The notes beneath the pieces were generated by a model, which searched no databases, was not told the origin of the DNA, and saw only the letters and a program-made list of their open reading frames with translations. This document shows, in pieces, positions 18,094-21,545 of a DNA stretch of 21,545 nucleotides. This stretch comes from Candidatus Rifleibacteriota bacterium (lineage in GTDB: Bacteria > Muiribacteriota > Ozemobacteria > Ozemobacterales > Ozemobacteraceae). Position numbers and translations under genes: made by a program. The number at the start of each line of letters is the position of its first letter. The stretch's first letter is position 1. The DNA is taken from assembly GCA_051747585.1 (NCBI GenBank), contig JBNJGH010000058.1:1-21545 (forward strand). Reading direction: 5' to 3'.

Positions 18094-20212
18094 ATTTTTT
18101 ACCTTTTTTATTTTTATCTTCTTAACGACAGTAGTTTTTGGAAACAGTGAAATGCTTTGTGTTTCTCCATGGACAAGTCCTATTTTTTTCCCCCTACTGG
18201 AACGAAACGTTACTTTAACTTCCAGAAATGGTATCGCCTCAATGGAAGTGGAAGATATTTTTGAAAAATCTTTTTATTTTAGATGTGAGGGAGTTTACAG
18301 ATTTAGATTACCAGAAAATGCTTTTGTTTCAGGTTTTTGGATAAATACTGATGAAAAGCACTGGGTTAGAGGAAAAGCGAAAGAGATTTCTGAAACAAAG
18401 GTTCAAGCTAATCAACACAAACAGATGAATCCTTATTATTTTCAGCAAGAGGATGGAGAATTATTATTAAAGGTTTCACCGATCGAAAATGTCAAAAGGA
18501 TCGGAGTCAGGTTCAGATGTTTTTTTCCGGCAAAGGGCTGCGAAAATAATTTTCACCTGGATCTTCCATTAGGTTTTGTTCATAAAATTTTTGGTAATAA
18601 TCTAAATTTTCCCAAAAAAGCACAATTTAGCTTAAAAGCCAAAATTATAGATGTAAACGGGATTTCTAATATTCAATGCCAGGGAATTAATAAAACTAAT
18701 GTACAAATAAGTTCATTAGAAAACGAAAATGCAATATCTGTGTCTCTTTCAGCAAATAAAATGAACGATATTCGGCTAACATGGGAAACAGATAAGAAAG
18801 AAGATTTCACCACAGCAGCCTATATTGCACCTTGGGGTAAGAAATATAGTTTCATAAGAATTAACAACTGTAATATTCAAGAGATAAAACAAATAAAAGA
18901 TCTTAATATTGTTGTTGACCTAAGTGGTTCTGTAGGTCCAAAGAATCACAAAAGAGCAATTACATTGATCAAAAAGATTTTTACTTATGATTTGATGGAA
19001 CCTGAAATTTACTTATTAAAAAATAAAAAGCTTCAACCCGCCAACTTTAAAAAGCTTGAAACAGCCAAAACTTTTGGACCAGATTCCTGGGAAGAAATTC
19101 AAACCATAGATCATGGTCCTTGTATTATCATTACTGATGGCATTAGACTCGATCGCGAAACCATAAAAACAACATACAGAGCTAACGGTCGAAAGCCGGT
19201 CTGGGTTATAATCGTTGGCAGTCAGAAGGTTAATAATATGCTTAAAGCATCTAATGACCGTTATGGCGGCGTAGTTTACCTTGAGGGTGAAAATTTTGCC
19301 AAACAATTGAAACTTCAATTACCAGATATTTTAAAGTCAATTTCTTCAACCCCTAAGCTTTATAGCGAAAACGATCAGCCATGTTACCCAATCTTCAAAA
19401 TTCCTCTTAGCCGAGCTTATTATTTAATGCCATTAAAAAAACAAAGTTATGTAGTGAAACAAAATTCTGGCAAAGAATTAATTAAAATAAATTCCAAATA
19501 TAATTCTATTAAATTAGAAAATAATTTTGTCTCTTTAATTGCATACCAACAAATTAAAATGCTTGAAACAATAAAACAAGCTCCCCAGGTTTTAAAAAAA
19601 ATAACTGAACTTGGGAAAAATTATTTGATAGCGACTGACTATACAGCATTCGTAGAGGTTTCAGATAAAGCTACTCAATCAAATAATGAAATTGTAAAAA
19701 ATCTAGATTCTTTACTTAATATATTATTCCCATTAGAAAATATATTCTTCTCAACAGTTAGTTGGTCAAATGAGAAAGCCAAAGTAAGATCATGCTATGC
19801 GAATCAGCGAATACTTAAAACAGCAATAAATAAATTTAAAAACAATGGCTATGCCTTGGATAACCTGCAACATGACTTGTATTCAGGAAGTTTTGAAATT
19901 AAGTCATTAATTGAAAAAGGTTATTTACGTGCTCAGCTTTTTCAACCCACTCCACTTTGTGAATATAGAATTCTCGGACATTTAAATGAAGACTTTCAAA
20001 TTATTTGTCTGGCTCATGGAAAAGCTAGTGAACCCCATACTTCTATCGAAAAACTTGTAAAAAATTATTGTCTTAAAAGAAATCTCAAAACAAAAAATTT
20101 TAAAATTCCACTGGATATTTATGGAACAGCGCCAGAAAAAGACAATTCAGGCTTCCTTTGGGTTATAAAAAAACTTATGCCATTTTGTTGTCTACTTGGG
20201 TTTATGCTTTAA
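18083..20212 (+). CDS. Exported VIT + vWA domain protein with C-terminal pilin-head-like module
   Basis: AGGAGG RBS and TTG start. Signal peptide. VIT motif EGVYRFRLPENAFVSGFWIN. vWA MIDAS IVVDLSGS and IIITDG. LGKNYLIATDYTAFV typical of VIT-vWA tails. Confidence 0.82.
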   Translation: MKNRFFTFFIFIFLTTVVFGNSEMLCVSPWTSPIFFPLLERNVTLTSRNGIASMEVEDIFEKSFYFRCEGVYRFRLPENAFVSGFWINTDEKHWVRGKAKEISETKVQANQHKQMNPYYFQQEDGELLLKVSPIENVKRIGVRFRCFFPAKGCENNFHLDLPLGFVHKIFGNNLNFPKKAQFSLKAKIIDVNGISNIQCQGINKTNVQISSLENENAISVSLSANKMNDIRLTWETDKKEDFTTAAYIAPWGKKYSFIRINNCNIQEIKQIKDLNIVVDLSGSVGPKNHKRAITLIKKIFTYDLMEPEIYLLKNKKLQPANFKKLETAKTFGPDSWEEIQTIDHGPCIIITDGIRLDRETIKTTYRANGRKPVWVIIVGSQKVNNMLKASNDRYGGVVYLEGENFAKQLKLQLPDILKSISSTPKLYSENDQPCYPIFKIPLSRAYYLMPLKKQSYVVKQNSGKELIKINSKYNSIKLENNFVSLIAYQQIKMLETIKQAPQVLKKITELGKNYLIATDYTAFVEVSDKATQSNNEIVKNLDSLLNILFPLENIFFSTVSWSNEKAKVRSCYANQRILKTAINKFKNNGYALDNLQHDLYSGSFEIKSLIEKGYLRAQLFQPTPLCEYRILGHLNEDFQIICLAHGKASEPHTSIEKLVKNYCLKRNLKTKNFKIPLDIYGTAPEKDNSGFLWVIKKLMPFCCLLGFML

Positions 20213-20290
20213 ATTTTGTCAAATTTGCTTTTCAATTGCCTGGGCGGACTTGATTACTAATACTACTGAAAAATCGAGAGAAAACAAATG

Positions 20291-20866
20291 TTATTCTTCC
20301 CATGTGAGAGAATCTTCTACTGAGTCCTCTGAAAACGTTGATTTCTTTGTAGCTCTGAATGAAATAGTTCTCTTCTCCGCCTCATAATCGCCAAACTGTA
20401 AACTAACTTCAACAAAGCTTGCTTTTTCGGGAGAAACTGCGTTCTTGCCTGTCTGGTCATAAAAGGAACTAGAAAACTCAAAGTTTTTTATTCCTTTGGT
20501 CATTTCAATAAATTCAATTTTTTTTATTTTTTGGTCTGCTTGCCGAATAACCTGTCTTTTTTCTGAATCAAATCTGTATATGAGATTATCAACCGGCTTA
20601 CCATTGCTGTCTACTGCGCCAATAACCTGCAGACTGTCTTCGTCGACAAAAGTACAACCCAAAGCTGAAGCCAGATCCTGTTTAAACATGATTTCAAGCG
20701 TTCGCATTCTATTCTCGCAGCCTATCCTGGCCCCTGAAGCTTGTTGACCACTCAAAACAAGGTTCATAATACCAATTACAAGCGAAATAAAAAGAACAAA
20801 CAAAGTAATTGTTACAATTACCTCAATCAATGTGAAACCATGCAATTTTTTAAGAGATTGAATCAT
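20291..20866 (-). CDS. Type IV prepilin-like protein (PilW/GspJ-like, 191 aa)
   Basis: KKLHG|FTLIEV plus hydrophobic helix; ATGA overlap with the upstream gene. Confidence 0.88.
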   Translation of the reverse strand: MIQSLKKLHGFTLIEVIVTITLFVLFISLVIGIMNLVLSGQQASGARIGCENRMRTLEIMFKQDLASALGCTFVDEDSLQVIGAVDSNGKPVDNLIYRFDSEKRQVIRQADQKIKKIEFIEMTKGIKNFEFSSSFYDQTGKNAVSPEKASFVEVSLQFGDYEAEKRTISFRATKKSTFSEDSVEDSLTWEE

Positions 20867-21285
20867 GAATTTTCAGGAACAAAAAATAAACTCTGAAGAA
20901 AAATTTCATGTTTGAGTTTTTTGTTGCCCGGCATACTCCATTTTACTTTGGTTTTAATTTTAAAAGCCGAAATTGGAGGTTTTGCATTTTCAAAACCTGA
21001 CGCTGGTACTGGTAATAAAACTTTTTCAGGCGAAATTTCAAACTCTGTATTGTTAACTAGTCTGACTTCAGGCTTAAGCATCTCAGGGGTAATCTTGTCG
21101 GCAAGTTTTAGTTCTTCTATTTTGCTTGAAGCCAAAGAAGTTGCAATAACATAGTTTCTGGCATTCACGCTCTGGCCCTTGATTGACGAAAATTTCGGCA
21201 TCATTGGAGCAAGAGCCAAAACCAGAATAGCAATGGCGATTACCAGCTCAACCAGACTAAAACCATCTTTTTGCAATTTAAACAC
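20863..21285 (-). CDS. Type IV prepilin-like protein (PilV/GspI-like, 140 aa)
   Basis: QKDG|FSLVELVIAIAIL, then ATSLASSKIEELK and C-terminal KIKTKVKW, typical of PilV/GspI-like minor pilins. Confidence 0.88.
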   Translation of the reverse strand: MFKLQKDGFSLVELVIAIAILVLALAPMMPKFSSIKGQSVNARNYVIATSLASSKIEELKLADKITPEMLKPEVRLVNNTEFEISPEKVLLPVPASGFENAKPPISAFKIKTKVKWSMPGNKKLKHEIFLQSLFFVPENS

Positions 21286-21350
21286 TTCTATTGGCTAGTA
21301 TATAACAAAAGAAAATAAAAAGAAACTTTTGTGAATTTTCAAATAGTAGC

Positions 21351-21388
21351 AAAAAAGGGCCGAAATCTTTTAGGATTTCGGCCCTTTT
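21351..21388 (-). terminator. Intrinsic terminator downstream of the 16S rRNA gene
   Basis: Minus strand AAAA GGGCCGAAATC ctaaaa GATTTCGGCCC TTTTTT: perfect 11-bp stem plus U6. Confidence 0.9.
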
Positions 21389-21464
21389 AAATTTATGAAT
21401 AAAGATCAAAAGACTGGCAGAATCTGCCAAGCTCGACTGAAGATACGTTATTGCATTACCTGAT

Positions 21465-21492
21465 GTAAGGGTTCAACATGTTGAACCCCAAC
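21465..21492. repeat. REP-like palindrome in the 16S trailer
   Basis: Perfect 20-bp palindrome GGGTTCAACATGTTGAACCC (21469..21488) inside GTAA...CAAC, two changes from a GTAG...CTAC 28-mer. Confidence 0.6.
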
Positions 21493-21520
21493 AGGATTTA
21501 TACCAATAACATGTCTCCCT

Positions 21521-21545
21521 AGAAAGGAGGTGATCCAGCCGCAGG
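21521..21545 (-). rRNA. rrs: 16S rRNA gene, 3' terminus (remainder outside the window)
   Basis: Reverse complement CCTGCGGCTGGATCACCTCCTTTCT is the conserved 16S 3' end including the anti-Shine-Dalgarno sequence. Confidence 0.93.

Noticed and set aside
21389..21520. tRNA in the region after 16S
   Set aside because: No cloverleaf or proper T-arm; GGTTCAA is part of a perfect palindrome.

Overview
AT-rich bacterial window. It begins inside the receiver-domain tail of a probable hybrid sensor kinase and ends in the last 25 nt of a minus-strand 16S rRNA gene. That 16S end is followed by a structured trailer, an intrinsic terminator and protein-coding genes, not by a tRNA or 23S gene. Between the two ends lies a cell-surface locus. 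It holds seven type IV prepilin-like genes (five canonical, two PilX/GspK-like), a secreted SH3b + CHAP/NlpC-like peptidoglycan hydrolase with a 48-bp tandem repeat, an ECF sigma/zinc anti-sigma pair, a CHASE2-PP2C phosphatase, a FecR-type lipoprotein, a secreted clan-A glycoside hydrolase, and two large exported proteins (one VIT-vWA) that carry embedded Cys/His pilin-head-like modules. Four intergenic copies of GGAACA-N16-C(G/A)TT-N3-C(T/A)TTA, each pointing at a gene start, suggest the locus is one regulon of the resident ECF sigma factor. A roughly 50-aa unassigned domain is shared by two of the secreted proteins. All protein assignments come from motif recognition by eye; no searches were run.
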